The notes beneath the pieces were generated by a model. That model had not been told where the DNA came from. It did not search any database and saw nothing but the letters and a program-made list of their open reading frames with translations. From an uncultured candidate division Zixibacteria bacterium (GTDB lineage Bacteria > Zixibacteria > MSB-5A5 > GN15 > FEB-12): a stretch of 64,000 bases of DNA. Both the position numbers and the translations under genes were made by a program. The stretch is taken from assembly GCA_963806185.1 (NCBI GenBank), contig CAWDXE010000006.1, positions 32,001 through 96,000 of the forward strand, written 5' to 3'. This document shows positions 39,411-49,724 of this stretch, in pieces. How positions within the stretch are numbered: position 1 is the stretch's first letter; the number at the start of each line of letters is the position of its first letter.

Positions 39411-40934
39411 ATGTCTACTAGCGAAAGTCGAGGCGTAGAAATTGGCGATATCATTGGCGTTCTCAAAAAACGCAAGTGGCTGATCATCCTCCCCTGGATT
39501 CTGGTCGCGGCGGTCGTGGCCGCCGGCTCCTATATGCTGGCGCCCAAATATCAATCCTTCGCTATTGTCTCGATCGACCCCAAAGTCCGGTTCTCCTCCG
39601 ACCTCCAGCGCCTCCTCGGCATGGACGACAACTATCGCCAGCAGTCGACTGCCGCCGCGCGGGCCGACGAATTGCGGGGCGTCTACAACGAGATTACCTC
39701 CACCTATTACATGGGCAAGCTGGCGGAGAAACTCAAACTTCTCGACAATCCCGGCCTCATTTCGCGGGCCGAAAAACTCACTCTTAAATCTCCGGGCGTG
39801 CCGCTCGATCAGATCAAACTCTACCTCCTCCAGGATGACTTGCAGGAACGGGTTTCAGTCACCTTTGCCGCCGCCAGCCAGATTAAGATCAACGTTATCT
39901 CCACCAATCCGGCCAACGCCCGCGACGTCGCCAATGCGATGGCGGAAATATTTGTCGATGAGCGGGTGAAGCAGGAACTTTCCACCATCCGTTCGTCGCA
40001 GGATTTCTCCGACGTTCAGTTGCAGAAGTATGAATCCCAACTTGAAGATAAGGTCCGCGAAAAGACCGAATTCGAGCGCCGGTATCTGCAGACCAACCAG
40101 GAATCTCCGACTACGTCGGAAAAGAACCGGTTGGACATTCAGTCCGAAATCGACCACACCAACGATGACATTACCGAGGCCCAGCAGACCGAACGGACGA
40201 TCATCGCTCAGCTCCAGTCAACGCCCAGCGCCCCCATCGACCGCCTCACCCTGCGGGAATCCGAGGATTTGCGCCGCTACAAGTCCGAGCTGGATGGACT
40301 CCTGGGCTCGCTGGCGGACATGATGACCAAGTACACCTGGAGCGACCCGCAAATCCTGAACAACAAGGTGAAACAGGATGGTTTGATACGGAAGATCGCC
40401 GGCGAGAACAGCCGACTGGTCGATGCCCAGTATCCGACCGCCGATGAAAAGACCCGCACTACGCTCACCAGCCTGTTCAATACGCGTACGAATCTCGATT
40501 ACCTCTATTCCAAGAAGACACACTTGCTCGGAACAATCGAAGATCTCAAGAGTCACTTCAATCGGATCCCCGAATACCAGTCCACGCTCGATCGGTTGAA
40601 TCGCGAGATCGCTCAGTTGACGACGCTCCGCGACAAATTCAAAGCCCAGCAGGAAAGCTCCACCATCTCGCAAGCCCTCCTCCAGGATATCTCGACCCCC
40701 AAGTACAAGGTCGTCGAACCGGCCAAGCTGGCGATGGCTCCCTTCTCCCCGAATCGCATGAAGATTATCCTGATGGGTATCATGCTTGGACTTGTCGTCG
40801 GCGGAGCGGCCACAATGCTGGTGGAATTGCTGGATAAATCATTCAAGAAGGTCGAAGACGTCGAGCACTACCTCGACTTGACCGTACTGGGCGTGACGCC
40901 CGAGATTGAATATCTGAAACGCGTGAACCGATAG
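39411..40934 (+). CDS. polysaccharide co-polymerase / chain-length determinant (Wzz/GumC-like, no fused kinase)
   Basis: Two TM ends flanking a long coiled coil; VVEPA...PFSPNR, LDKSFK...LTVLGVTP. Confidence 0.85.
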   Translation: MSTSESRGVEIGDIIGVLKKRKWLIILPWILVAAVVAAGSYMLAPKYQSFAIVSIDPKVRFSSDLQRLLGMDDNYRQQSTAAARADELRGVYNEITSTYYMGKLAEKLKLLDNPGLISRAEKLTLKSPGVPLDQIKLYLLQDDLQERVSVTFAAASQIKINVISTNPANARDVANAMAEIFVDERVKQELSTIRSSQDFSDVQLQKYESQLEDKVREKTEFERRYLQTNQESPTTSEKNRLDIQSEIDHTNDDITEAQQTERTIIAQLQSTPSAPIDRLTLRESEDLRRYKSELDGLLGSLADMMTKYTWSDPQILNNKVKQDGLIRKIAGENSRLVDAQYPTADEKTRTTLTSLFNTRTNLDYLYSKKTHLLGTIEDLKSHFNRIPEYQSTLDRLNREIAQLTTLRDKFKAQQESSTISQALLQDISTPKYKVVEPAKLAMAPFSPNRMKIILMGIMLGLVVGGAATMLVELLDKSFKKVEDVEHYLDLTVLGVTPEIEYLKRVNR

Positions 40935-40984
40935 CGTCCAACCTCGGCCCGGTCTCTACCGCCGGCGTCGGGTGAGCAGAACGT

Positions 40985-41785
40985 CTATTTCCACCCTTTC
41001 GCTCGATTCCAGTAGAAGAGCGCCGTCCCTTCGGGGTTGGCGACTAATTCGCGAAGTTCGGCAAATGCAATGTCGCACTGGGCATTCGTAGCCAACCGGC
41101 GCGCCACCATCTCGGATCGCCCGGTCTCCGCCACCCCGATCAGATTCTCCACCCACAGCGTATAGTATTCGGTACCCGCCCAGTGCACCTCGGGGTGAAG
41201 ACTCAATTCTACCCGTTCAAATCCTGCGCGCTTGAGCAACGGAAAGAGTTTCTTCCCGATCAGAGCATCGCCGCCGAGTTGCGTCTGCAGCACGGCAAAC
41301 TGCTCCCAGACGAAATTGAAAGTCGGGCAATCAGGCCAGAAGGCATTGATCAGGATATTGTTTTCCTGCGTGCAGAATCGCCCGCCCGGCTTCAACACGC
41401 GGTGCGCTTCGCGGACTACCTCACCCGGCTCGCCGACGTGCTCAAGCAAATACCGGCAATACACCAGGTCAAAGGTCGCGTCGGCAAACGGCAGCTTGTG
41501 TCCGTCGCCGCGCACGAACCGGAGGTTTTCCGCAGTGGTATGCACCTTGGCCAATTGCTGCGGGGAATACTCCACACCCACCGCGTACCCGTTGGATGCT
41601 TTTCGAGCCACTGCCTCGGCGAGTATCCCCAGGCCGCTGCCTATTTCAAGCACCTGGTCGGACGGACGGACGTCGAGATACGAGATAAACGCATCATTCG
41701 TCATGGAATTCAGTTTGGCCAGGCGTTCTTGTTCGGTCGGATCTGTTCCGTGTATATATTGTGCTGCCATACGCTCTTTTCCCAC
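40985..41785 (-). CDS. class I SAM-dependent methyltransferase
   Basis: LEIGSGLG, LPFADATFD, RVLKPGG. Confidence 0.9.
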   Translation of the reverse strand: MGKERMAAQYIHGTDPTEQERLAKLNSMTNDAFISYLDVRPSDQVLEIGSGLGILAEAVARKASNGYAVGVEYSPQQLAKVHTTAENLRFVRGDGHKLPFADATFDLVYCRYLLEHVGEPGEVVREAHRVLKPGGRFCTQENNILINAFWPDCPTFNFVWEQFAVLQTQLGGDALIGKKLFPLLKRAGFERVELSLHPEVHWAGTEYYTLWVENLIGVAETGRSEMVARRLATNAQCDIAFAELRELVANPEGTALFYWNRAKGWK

Positions 41786-41822
41786 GATATGATCGACTGT
41801 CGTCGTGTTTGGTTTGTGCCGG

Positions 41823-43856
41823 TTACGGACAGGCCGGCAACGGCCGGAAGCTGAGAAACAGATGATCCACCATCGCCGTAAGATCCTGAATATCCAGATT
41901 CAGGGGCCAGTCACCGTCGATATTCGCCTCCGCCGGACAGGTCGAAGGTCGAACTGAAATATACAGGTCATCAACCAACTGCTGCAAGTCGGCAATGTCG
42001 ACGGTGTTCAGGGAATCCTCATCGATGTTCCCCACCGTCCCCACACAACAGACCGCCGCGTTGCGATAGAAATCCAGTCCGCCGTCCTCTTCCCCGATGA
42101 GCAGATCACTGTCGCTATCCCCGTCCAGATCAGCAAGAAGCAACGCGAGCCGCGAGCCTTCATCCGATCCCGGGATCTTGTCGGATTGCGCTACTAATGT
42201 CAGGGAATCGGGAAAGCCGCTGACCGAGATGTTGCGAAACCAGGTTACACCGCTCACCGCCGAACCCAGGAGCAGATCCTTGCGGCCGTCGTGGTCCCAG
42301 TCTACAACCGTCGGTATAGTGAACTCGCGGGGAGCCTGTCGAAGTAGTCGCGAAGTCCTAAGACGGAGTACGGGCGCTTCGGCCGTCCCGGTGTTCTCAT
42401 ACAGCAGCACATTCGCCTGGCCGTTGAAATCCCATTCTCCGACCACCAAATCGATCCGGGCGTCGCCGTCAAAATCCATCGGCACCGGCACCGCCAATTG
42501 ATCCACGCGGATCGATCCCAGCGAGTCGGTGACGAGGGTGGGAATGAATGCACTTTTCGAACCGTCGTTGCGATAGTAAACAATTCGACCATTGAGATTC
42601 CCTACCAGCAGGTCCAGGTCGCCGTCGTTATCCCAGTCAACCAGCGCGGGAGCCGCATCGTAGCCGACATTAATATCTGCAAACGCCGTGTCTACCAGAT
42701 CAAGCATCGGTTTGGATGCCGTACCGGTGTTCTCCATGTACGCCAGCGCCCCGTTCTGTCCTCCTACCAGCAGGTCGATGTCGCCATCGTCGTCAAGATC
42801 GCCCGCCGTCGGCATTGACGCCGACCCAACGTCGATGGTCTTCAGATACTGCGAATCCGCCTGCACGTAATTCGGCGCCTGCAGCGTGCCGTCATTGCGG
42901 TACAACCGAAGCGTATACAAGTCTGCCACATTCGCCACTCCGGACAGCATCTCCGCCTTCCCGTCGCCATCAAGATCGCCAAAACTTACATGATTGAACC
43001 CCAGCGTCGGACTGGGTAGAAAGAACTCCGTCAGCCAGGTCAGATCGGAGTGAAATCGATCGCCCTCATTCCGAAAACAGTACAGGCTGTTGCTGAAAAT
43101 GTCTCCCCAGAACAGATCGTAGTCGCCGTCAGTGTCGTAGTCGGAGAACGTGATGCTGTTGAACCCGTGCAGTGGATTGTCCCCCCGATTCGGGCCTCGC
43201 CCTCCGGACGGCGATGGCCCACCCCCAGGAATTGCCAGCACACTGTCATACACGTCGGTGACGAACGTGAATATCGGCTCCTGCGGTGTCCCGATATTGC
43301 GATAGAAATTGAGATTCCCGCCGATCCCGCCCAGAAAGAAGTCGAGATCGCCATCGGCGTCGATATCCACAAACGCCGGCGTGATGTTGGTCGTGGTGGT
43401 CAGACCGCCAAAGACAGAATCAACCAGATCAAAGATCACTTCTCCCGGTATGGAACTGTTGCGATAGAACCTGGCGTGGCCGTGCCGCGAATCGCAGAGA
43501 AGGTCAACGTCGCCGTCGCCATCAATATCACTGAGCGTGTACCAGGTGCCGATATCGATTCCACCCAGCCGCCCGCTCTGCACTTGCCACTTTGCTTGTT
43601 GGGTCGTGCCCACATTCCTCAGATATAAGAGTCGCCCTTCAAACTGGCCGATCAACAGGTCGAGCCGTCCGTCGTTGTCGAGATCGACCAGTTCCGGTTT
43701 GGGGTTGTTGAGCCCGCCCAAAAAGGGAAGGTCAAGCAGAGATCCGTGATCACGCACAGGAAACGGCGTGTATTCGCGGACGAATTGCCCGCTCGCCCCG
43801 GCTGAAAGACCGAGACTCAACGCCGGAAACACTATGACACGAACTAGTAGATGCAT
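41823..43856 (-). CDS. secreted FG-GAP/VCBS-repeat protein with a C-terminal Cys-flanked dockerin-like domain
   Basis: Signal peptide; about ten DxDxDGxxDL repeats; dockerin at 41823-42050. Confidence 0.88.
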   Translation of the reverse strand: MHLLVRVIVFPALSLGLSAGASGQFVREYTPFPVRDHGSLLDLPFLGGLNNPKPELVDLDNDGRLDLLIGQFEGRLLYLRNVGTTQQAKWQVQSGRLGGIDIGTWYTLSDIDGDGDVDLLCDSRHGHARFYRNSSIPGEVIFDLVDSVFGGLTTTTNITPAFVDIDADGDLDFFLGGIGGNLNFYRNIGTPQEPIFTFVTDVYDSVLAIPGGGPSPSGGRGPNRGDNPLHGFNSITFSDYDTDGDYDLFWGDIFSNSLYCFRNEGDRFHSDLTWLTEFFLPSPTLGFNHVSFGDLDGDGKAEMLSGVANVADLYTLRLYRNDGTLQAPNYVQADSQYLKTIDVGSASMPTAGDLDDDGDIDLLVGGQNGALAYMENTGTASKPMLDLVDTAFADINVGYDAAPALVDWDNDGDLDLLVGNLNGRIVYYRNDGSKSAFIPTLVTDSLGSIRVDQLAVPVPMDFDGDARIDLVVGEWDFNGQANVLLYENTGTAEAPVLRLRTSRLLRQAPREFTIPTVVDWDHDGRKDLLLGSAVSGVTWFRNISVSGFPDSLTLVAQSDKIPGSDEGSRLALLLADLDGDSDSDLLIGEEDGGLDFYRNAAVCCVGTVGNIDEDSLNTVDIADLQQLVDDLYISVRPSTCPAEANIDGDWPLNLDIQDLTAMVDHLFLSFRPLPACP

Positions 43857-44043
43857 TTCTATTTGTATTATCGCCTTAATATGTCCAATATAGCATATTG
43901 TCGGCGGCCCGAGAAAACTCTGTCAAGCGCTGGGCGCGGAAATTCGTCCGTTTGGCCCGGCAAACAATTGACTCTCATTGTATAAGTCGATGACCTGCCG
44001 CTTTGTTCCAGTGAGCCCGGTTCAGGAAAGGAGCCTTATCCCC

Positions 44044-45243
44044 ATGCGAGCCTTGTCATTTGCATCCATACTGGCTCTCGCCGTGTCGATCAGCACCTGC
44101 GGTTCGGACAAGAACACTGCGGCAGTCAATCCACCCGCTACCGACACCCTGGCGGACTCCACCTGGCCGGCAGTCTCCACCGTCACCTTCGCCGTCGCCT
44201 ATCCCAATGTGAGTTTCAGCCGTCCCCTCGACATCAAATACCCGCCCGACAACACCAATCGCGCCTTCGTCGTGGAGCAGGAGGGTGCCATCCGCATGCT
44301 CGACAACAGCACTCCCACTACCTCAGTCGCCACGACCTTCCTGGATATTACCGGTCGCGTCAACAGCACCGGCAACGAGGAGGGCCTGCTCGGGTTGGCA
44401 TTTCATCCCGACTTTGCCAATAATCACTACTTCTACGTCAATTACACCGCCGCCAATCCTCGTCGTACGGTTATCAGCCGCTTCACCGCCACAGGTGACT
44501 CGGCCGACAGCACCAGCGAACTCGTCATCCTGACCTTCGATCAACCCTACAGCAACCACAACGGCGGGTGCCTCATGTTCGGACCGGACAATTATCTGTA
44601 TATCGCCACCGGTGACGGCGGGTCGGGGGGCGATCCACAGGGAAACGGGCAAAACACCAGGACACTTCTGGGGAAGATCCTTCGCATCGATGTCGACCAT
44701 CCGTCGGCCGGCCGCAACTACGGCATCCCGGCCGACAATCCGTTCGCTGCGGCAACCGACGGCCGCCGTGGTGAGATCTTCGCTTACGGCCTGCGCAATC
44801 CGTGGCGCTTCTCGTTCGACCGCCAATCCGGTCTGCTTTGGGCGGGCGACGTTGGCCAGGACGAAATCGAGGAGATCGATATCATCGAAAACGGCAAGAA
44901 CTATGGCTGGAATATCATGGAAGGGTCCGCCTGCTACAATCCCAGCTCCAATTGTCAGAAAGCCGGTCTTACCCTGCCGGTAGCGGAATACACGCACTCC
45001 ACCGGCCAATCGGTAACCGGCGGCTATGTCTACCGAGGCACAAAATTTCCTACCCTCGTCGGCACATACCTATATGCTGATTTCGTCTCTGGTCGCGTGT
45101 GGGGCATGCGCTCGATCGGCGGCAAACCAAGGCTGCTCGCTTCCGGTGGGCTCAACATTTCATCATTTGGTGAGGGAGTGGACGGCGAGCTGTACGTCAC
45201 CGCCTTTGATGGGAAAATCTACACGCTGATTACAGCCCAGTGA
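44044..45243 (+). CDS. PQQ-dependent glucose/sorbosone dehydrogenase family, likely lipoprotein
   Basis: EEGLLGLAFHP, NHNGG, GKILRID, YGLRNPWR, NYGW. Confidence 0.9.
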   Translation: MRALSFASILALAVSISTCGSDKNTAAVNPPATDTLADSTWPAVSTVTFAVAYPNVSFSRPLDIKYPPDNTNRAFVVEQEGAIRMLDNSTPTTSVATTFLDITGRVNSTGNEEGLLGLAFHPDFANNHYFYVNYTAANPRRTVISRFTATGDSADSTSELVILTFDQPYSNHNGGCLMFGPDNYLYIATGDGGSGGDPQGNGQNTRTLLGKILRIDVDHPSAGRNYGIPADNPFAAATDGRRGEIFAYGLRNPWRFSFDRQSGLLWAGDVGQDEIEEIDIIENGKNYGWNIMEGSACYNPSSNCQKAGLTLPVAEYTHSTGQSVTGGYVYRGTKFPTLVGTYLYADFVSGRVWGMRSIGGKPRLLASGGLNISSFGEGVDGELYVTAFDGKIYTLITAQ

Positions 45244-46005
45244 TCAGTTTGCGGTCGAGTCTGTCGGCTGAATTGTCTCAATAATCGGCTGCAGCGACGT
45301 CGGTATCACCGACGAGCCATTGCCGTTGCCGTTCAGATCTATCAAGCCATCCTTCAGCTTGATAATCCGCCCTGCCTGCCTGGCCAGATTCATATCGTGC
45401 GTGATGATTATGACGGTCTTGCCCGCCTTCCACAGTTCGTGAAAGAGATTCACAATTTCGCCGCCTGAGTGCGAATCCAGGTTGCCGGTTGGCTCGTCGG
45501 CCAAAATGATCTCCGGTTCGTTGGCCAACGCCCGGGCAATGGCCACGCGCTGCATCTCACCACCCGACATTTCCGTCGGCTTGTTCCCCAGCTTGCCGCC
45601 CAGCCCCACTCGATTCAGCAGCTCGACAACCCGATTCCGGCGCTTGCGATTATTCGCCCCGGCAAACAGCAACGGTACTTCCACATTTTCGTAGGCGGTC
45701 GCATACGGCAGCAGATTAAACGCCTGAAAGACGAAGCCGATCTTCTGATTGCGCACGTCGGCCAGTTGGTTCGACGACATCTTATTCACCAGTTGACCGT
45801 CGAGTAAATACTCGCCGCTGCTGGGCGTATCCAGGCAGCCGACCAGATTCATGAGCGTTGATTTGCCCGAGCCTGACGGCCCCACGACGGCGATGAGTTC
45901 GCCTCGTCCGGCCGAAAAATCCACGCCGCGCAACGCCTCGAATTCGACTCTGCCCGTCTTGTACAGCTTCCGGACCTGCTTCAGTTCAATCAAGTTCTTC
46001 ATCAC
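45244..46005 (-). CDS. ABC transporter ATP-binding protein (MacB/LolD-like)
   Basis: [25 protein letters not shown]. Confidence 0.95.
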   Translation of the reverse strand: MMKNLIELKQVRKLYKTGRVEFEALRGVDFSAGRGELIAVVGPSGSGKSTLMNLVGCLDTPSSGEYLLDGQLVNKMSSNQLADVRNQKIGFVFQAFNLLPYATAYENVEVPLLFAGANNRKRRNRVVELLNRVGLGGKLGNKPTEMSGGEMQRVAIARALANEPEIILADEPTGNLDSHSGGEIVNLFHELWKAGKTVIIITHDMNLARQAGRIIKLKDGLIDLNGNGNGSSVIPTSLQPIIETIQPTDSTAN

Positions 46006-46020
46006 CCTGCTCCGTTTGCC

Positions 46021-47268
46021 TTACTCATATCGCAGCGACTCGACCGGATTCACCGAGGCCGCTCGCAGCGCCGGGAAAAATCCCGAAAGAATTCCCATGA
46101 TGCCTAGAATCACCACTACTATCAGGCCGATCTGAGGCGAAATAGTCGGCCGCCCCATGAACTGCAATACCTCGCTCTCCAGCGGGATCCGCTTGAACCC
46201 CTCTGTCAACACATAGCTCAGGGCCATGCCGCCGAATCCCCCCAGGAACGTGATCAATAGCGCCTCGATCAGAAACTGCGACATAATGTACGACCGCCGC
46301 GCCCCCACCGCCATCTTGATGCCGATCTCGCGTGTCCGTTCCTTAATCGATACGTACATGATATTGGCCACCCCCACGCCGGCAATCAGAAGCGTCAGCC
46401 CGCCGATGATCCCCAGGAATATCTGCAGTCCCAGCATGACATTATTAAATTCCTTCTGGCTCTCCACCACGTCCCACACCCAGAGCGCCCGTTCATCCTT
46501 CGGATCAAATTTGTACTTCGCGCCCATTACTTCGAAAACGCGATGTTCAATCGCCTTCATGTTATCCATGTTCTTCGGCTGATAGATGATGACATTCAAA
46601 AAACGATGGCCGAAAATTGTCTTGAACGTGGTGATCGGAATCGACAGCTTATCGGCGTCCTGCCCGCTGTAAGAATTCATCTGCATCTTCTCGATCTCCA
46701 CACCCACTACCATGAACGGTACACCGTTGACCATGACTTGCTGCCCGATCGGATCTTCATCGCCAAACAGCCGCTTCTTGAGACCGGCGCCGATAAAACA
46801 GACCCGCCGCTTGAGCTGTACGTCAAGGTCGTTTATCATCCGCCCGCCCATTTGCGCGATATGACTTCGCATGAATGCATAGTTGGGAGTTATTCCGGCC
46901 ACGTGATCGCTAACGACGTTGTCGCCGTGCTTCATGACCACACCCCAGCGGGCGTATTCGCCGCCTACGTATTCCATTTCGGGAATCGATTTGCGGAGAT
47001 AATCGATATCGTCCAGTTCAAAGCGGATCGGCCGCCCCTTACCCAAACCCTTGTACGGGATCGACGTCTGGCCACCCCAGAGTATGACGATACCGTCGCC
47101 CATTCCCTTGGAATTTACCGACATCTGGTCGTGCAGCCCCTGGCCGAACCCGAGCAGCAGCATGATTGAAATCGTCCCCCACGCCAGCGCTATCAACGTG
47201 AGCGTGATGCGCTTGCGCTGCTTTCGGAAGTCACGCACGAAGACATTGTATATGATCGATGGCTTCAT
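46021..47268 (-). CDS. ABC transporter permease (MacB/FtsX-like)
   Basis: GVGVANIM, ERTREIG, PALRAASVNPVESLRYE. Confidence 0.93.
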   Translation of the reverse strand: MKPSIIYNVFVRDFRKQRKRITLTLIALAWGTISIMLLLGFGQGLHDQMSVNSKGMGDGIVILWGGQTSIPYKGLGKGRPIRFELDDIDYLRKSIPEMEYVGGEYARWGVVMKHGDNVVSDHVAGITPNYAFMRSHIAQMGGRMINDLDVQLKRRVCFIGAGLKKRLFGDEDPIGQQVMVNGVPFMVVGVEIEKMQMNSYSGQDADKLSIPITTFKTIFGHRFLNVIIYQPKNMDNMKAIEHRVFEVMGAKYKFDPKDERALWVWDVVESQKEFNNVMLGLQIFLGIIGGLTLLIAGVGVANIMYVSIKERTREIGIKMAVGARRSYIMSQFLIEALLITFLGGFGGMALSYVLTEGFKRIPLESEVLQFMGRPTISPQIGLIVVVILGIMGILSGFFPALRAASVNPVESLRYE

Positions 47269-47275
47269 CAGTTCC

Positions 47276-48511
47276 TCAGAAGAGCTTCAGCGCCTGTACC
47301 GGCTGCAGATTGGCCGCCCGTCGCGCCGGGAAAATACCGGCCAAGAATCCTATGACCCCCAGCAGCGCAACCGCCACCAGGCCGTTGGCCATATCGATCG
47401 ACGGTATTCCGACATAATCTTCCAGTTTCAACATCGGGAACACCGAGACAATGCCCCAGGCCAACAAAAAGCCAAGCAGCCCGCCCATACCGGTGATCAG
47501 GAAAGTCTCGAAAACAAATTGCCAGAGAATCGTGCTCTTGCGCGCCCCCAGTGCCATCTTGATGCCGATTTCCTTGGTTCGCTCCTCCAACACCACGTTC
47601 ATGATGTTCGACACGCCAATCGCACCGGTGATGAGGGTCGCCACACCGATACCGACGAGAAACATCTGAAAGGCCAGGAAAAAGGTCTTGAGGAAAGCAA
47701 TCCCCTCAGTCGTATCCCAGCACGGAAGTGCTTCCGTGTCCGACGGATCGTACCGGAACCGCCGCCCCATGATTTCATTGATCTCGCGCTTCGCCAGTGC
47801 CATCGTCGTCTCCGGATTGCTCTGTGCGACGAAATCATTCAGGTACATTGCCGAAAACATCGTCCGGAACGTCGTCGACGGGATGAATGCCTTGTACTCG
47901 TCGCGGCCGCTGTACGAGCTGTCCTGCTGCTTGTGCTTCATCACCCCCACCACCGTAAACGGCGCCCCATTGACCAGCACCTGCTTGCCGATCGGGTCTT
48001 CATCACCAAACAGATCCTTCGCCAGTCCGTCACCGATAAACACGACCCGACGTTTGTCCTTCATATCCAGATCGTTGATGAAGCGCGAGCCTTCCTCCGG
48101 GATCAGGTTGCGCATCTCGCCGAATTCCGGCCAGATACCGGCCACCTGACGGATGGTATTGTTGCGCCCCACCTGGAACATGACATTCCACTTGCTGTAT
48201 TCCGGCGAGATGCGAAGGATCGTCTGGGCCTTTGCCTTGATGAGGGCGACATCTTCCTCGGTAAACCGGACACTGCGCCCTCGTGGAAGCCCCTTGAATT
48301 CTTTTGATGTTACCCCGGGCCAGAAGATGGCGATGTTCTCGCCCAGCCCTTTCTGTGACTTGATCTGCGCCTCGCCCATTCCCTTGCCGAACGCAAACAA
48401 GAGCACGATCGAACAGGTCCCCCAGAAGATGCCGAACATGGTCATCGCCGTGCGCAGCTTCTGACGACGCATATCATTGAAAAACTGCTTTACCGAAAGG
48501 AGTGGCAGCAT
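47276..48511 (-). CDS. ABC transporter permease (MacB/FtsX-like), paralogue
   Basis: GVSNIM, ERTKEIG, PARRAANLQPVQAL. Confidence 0.93.
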   Translation of the reverse strand: MLPLLSVKQFFNDMRRQKLRTAMTMFGIFWGTCSIVLLFAFGKGMGEAQIKSQKGLGENIAIFWPGVTSKEFKGLPRGRSVRFTEEDVALIKAKAQTILRISPEYSKWNVMFQVGRNNTIRQVAGIWPEFGEMRNLIPEEGSRFINDLDMKDKRRVVFIGDGLAKDLFGDEDPIGKQVLVNGAPFTVVGVMKHKQQDSSYSGRDEYKAFIPSTTFRTMFSAMYLNDFVAQSNPETTMALAKREINEIMGRRFRYDPSDTEALPCWDTTEGIAFLKTFFLAFQMFLVGIGVATLITGAIGVSNIMNVVLEERTKEIGIKMALGARKSTILWQFVFETFLITGMGGLLGFLLAWGIVSVFPMLKLEDYVGIPSIDMANGLVAVALLGVIGFLAGIFPARRAANLQPVQALKLF

Positions 48512-48520
48512 CGGGACCTC

Positions 48521-49618
48521 TTACTCAGCCGTGATTTCTCGCGGCGGACGTTCCACGATCTCCTGACCCTCGATCAGGCCCGAATCAACCTCGATGTTGA
48601 TCCCGTCCGAGAGGCCGGTCTTGATCTTGTGCTCCGTCACCACACCCAGCGAATCGCGAATTTCGACAGTCGATGTCGAATCCTTGGTCTTGACCAGTCG
48701 TTCCGGCACCACCAGTACACTGTCCTTGCGCGCGATAATCACGTTGGCGTTGGCGCTGTACCCGGCCCTCAGTCCTTCCATTCCCTTGGTCGGTATCGTA
48801 ATCTCCACTTCGAACAAGGTTGACCCCTCTTCTTTGTGGGCCTTGGGAGAAATCGTCTTCAACGCGCCGGCGATCTTCTGGTTGGGCAGGGCGCCGATCT
48901 CGATATCCGCATTCATCCCTTCATTTAATTTACCGACGTCGATCTCGTCGACATTCCCTTCAAACAGCAGGTCTTCCATGTACGCCAGAGCCATCAACTC
49001 GCTGCCCGCCTGATACGACGTCAGCGGGACTACCGGATCACCTTCCTTCACATCAATTGAGAGCACCGTGCCGGAGATAGTCGACTTGATCACGTTATCG
49101 ATCTGCCGATTGGCGACTTCCGTGTGGCCGGATTCAATAAGGGCCAGCTTCTCCTTCGACAGTTTCAAACGAAGTTCCGCCTCGTCGTACGCCATCTTGC
49201 GGTCTTCGTATTGCTGATTCGAAATGAGCTGCTTATCGCGAAGTGATTTGTCGCGGTCATATTGGGTCTTGGTATTTTCAAATGACACCTGGGAGAGTTC
49301 GACCTGGCGTTTGGCCTCGGCGTACTCGATCGGCGTTGGATCGGGCGCTATATCCAGAAGCGGATCCCCCACCGTCACGCGGTCGCCGACCTCAACGTAT
49401 ATTTTCCGCACCAATCCGCCGATCTTGGACTTCACCGAGATCTCGCGCTTGGGTACGATCTTGCCCACCGCCAGCGCTTTCTCGATAATCGATCCCTTGG
49501 TCACCTTGACGGTCTTGAGCTGGTCGTCCTTCTTGGCCGAGCCATCTTTGGCCAGGAAGAAGACCACCGCTGCAATCACGCCTACGATGACCACCCCGAA
49601 TAAGATTTTCTTTATCAT
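48521..49618 (-). CDS. periplasmic adaptor / membrane fusion protein (MacA-like)
   Basis: N-terminal TM, lipoyl-hairpin motifs, VDEIDVG, LRAGYSANA. Confidence 0.9.
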   Translation of the reverse strand: MIKKILFGVVIVGVIAAVVFFLAKDGSAKKDDQLKTVKVTKGSIIEKALAVGKIVPKREISVKSKIGGLVRKIYVEVGDRVTVGDPLLDIAPDPTPIEYAEAKRQVELSQVSFENTKTQYDRDKSLRDKQLISNQQYEDRKMAYDEAELRLKLSKEKLALIESGHTEVANRQIDNVIKSTISGTVLSIDVKEGDPVVPLTSYQAGSELMALAYMEDLLFEGNVDEIDVGKLNEGMNADIEIGALPNQKIAGALKTISPKAHKEEGSTLFEVEITIPTKGMEGLRAGYSANANVIIARKDSVLVVPERLVKTKDSTSTVEIRDSLGVVTEHKIKTGLSDGINIEVDSGLIEGQEIVERPPREITAE

Positions 49619-49724
49619 GCTGGATTGCTCCTGTCGCTAGCACAAATAGATACGCAAATAGAAATACGCACCCCAGGGGGGATTGTTTCCTCCATCCACT
49701 GAATAATCTGGACATGGAGCCGGA

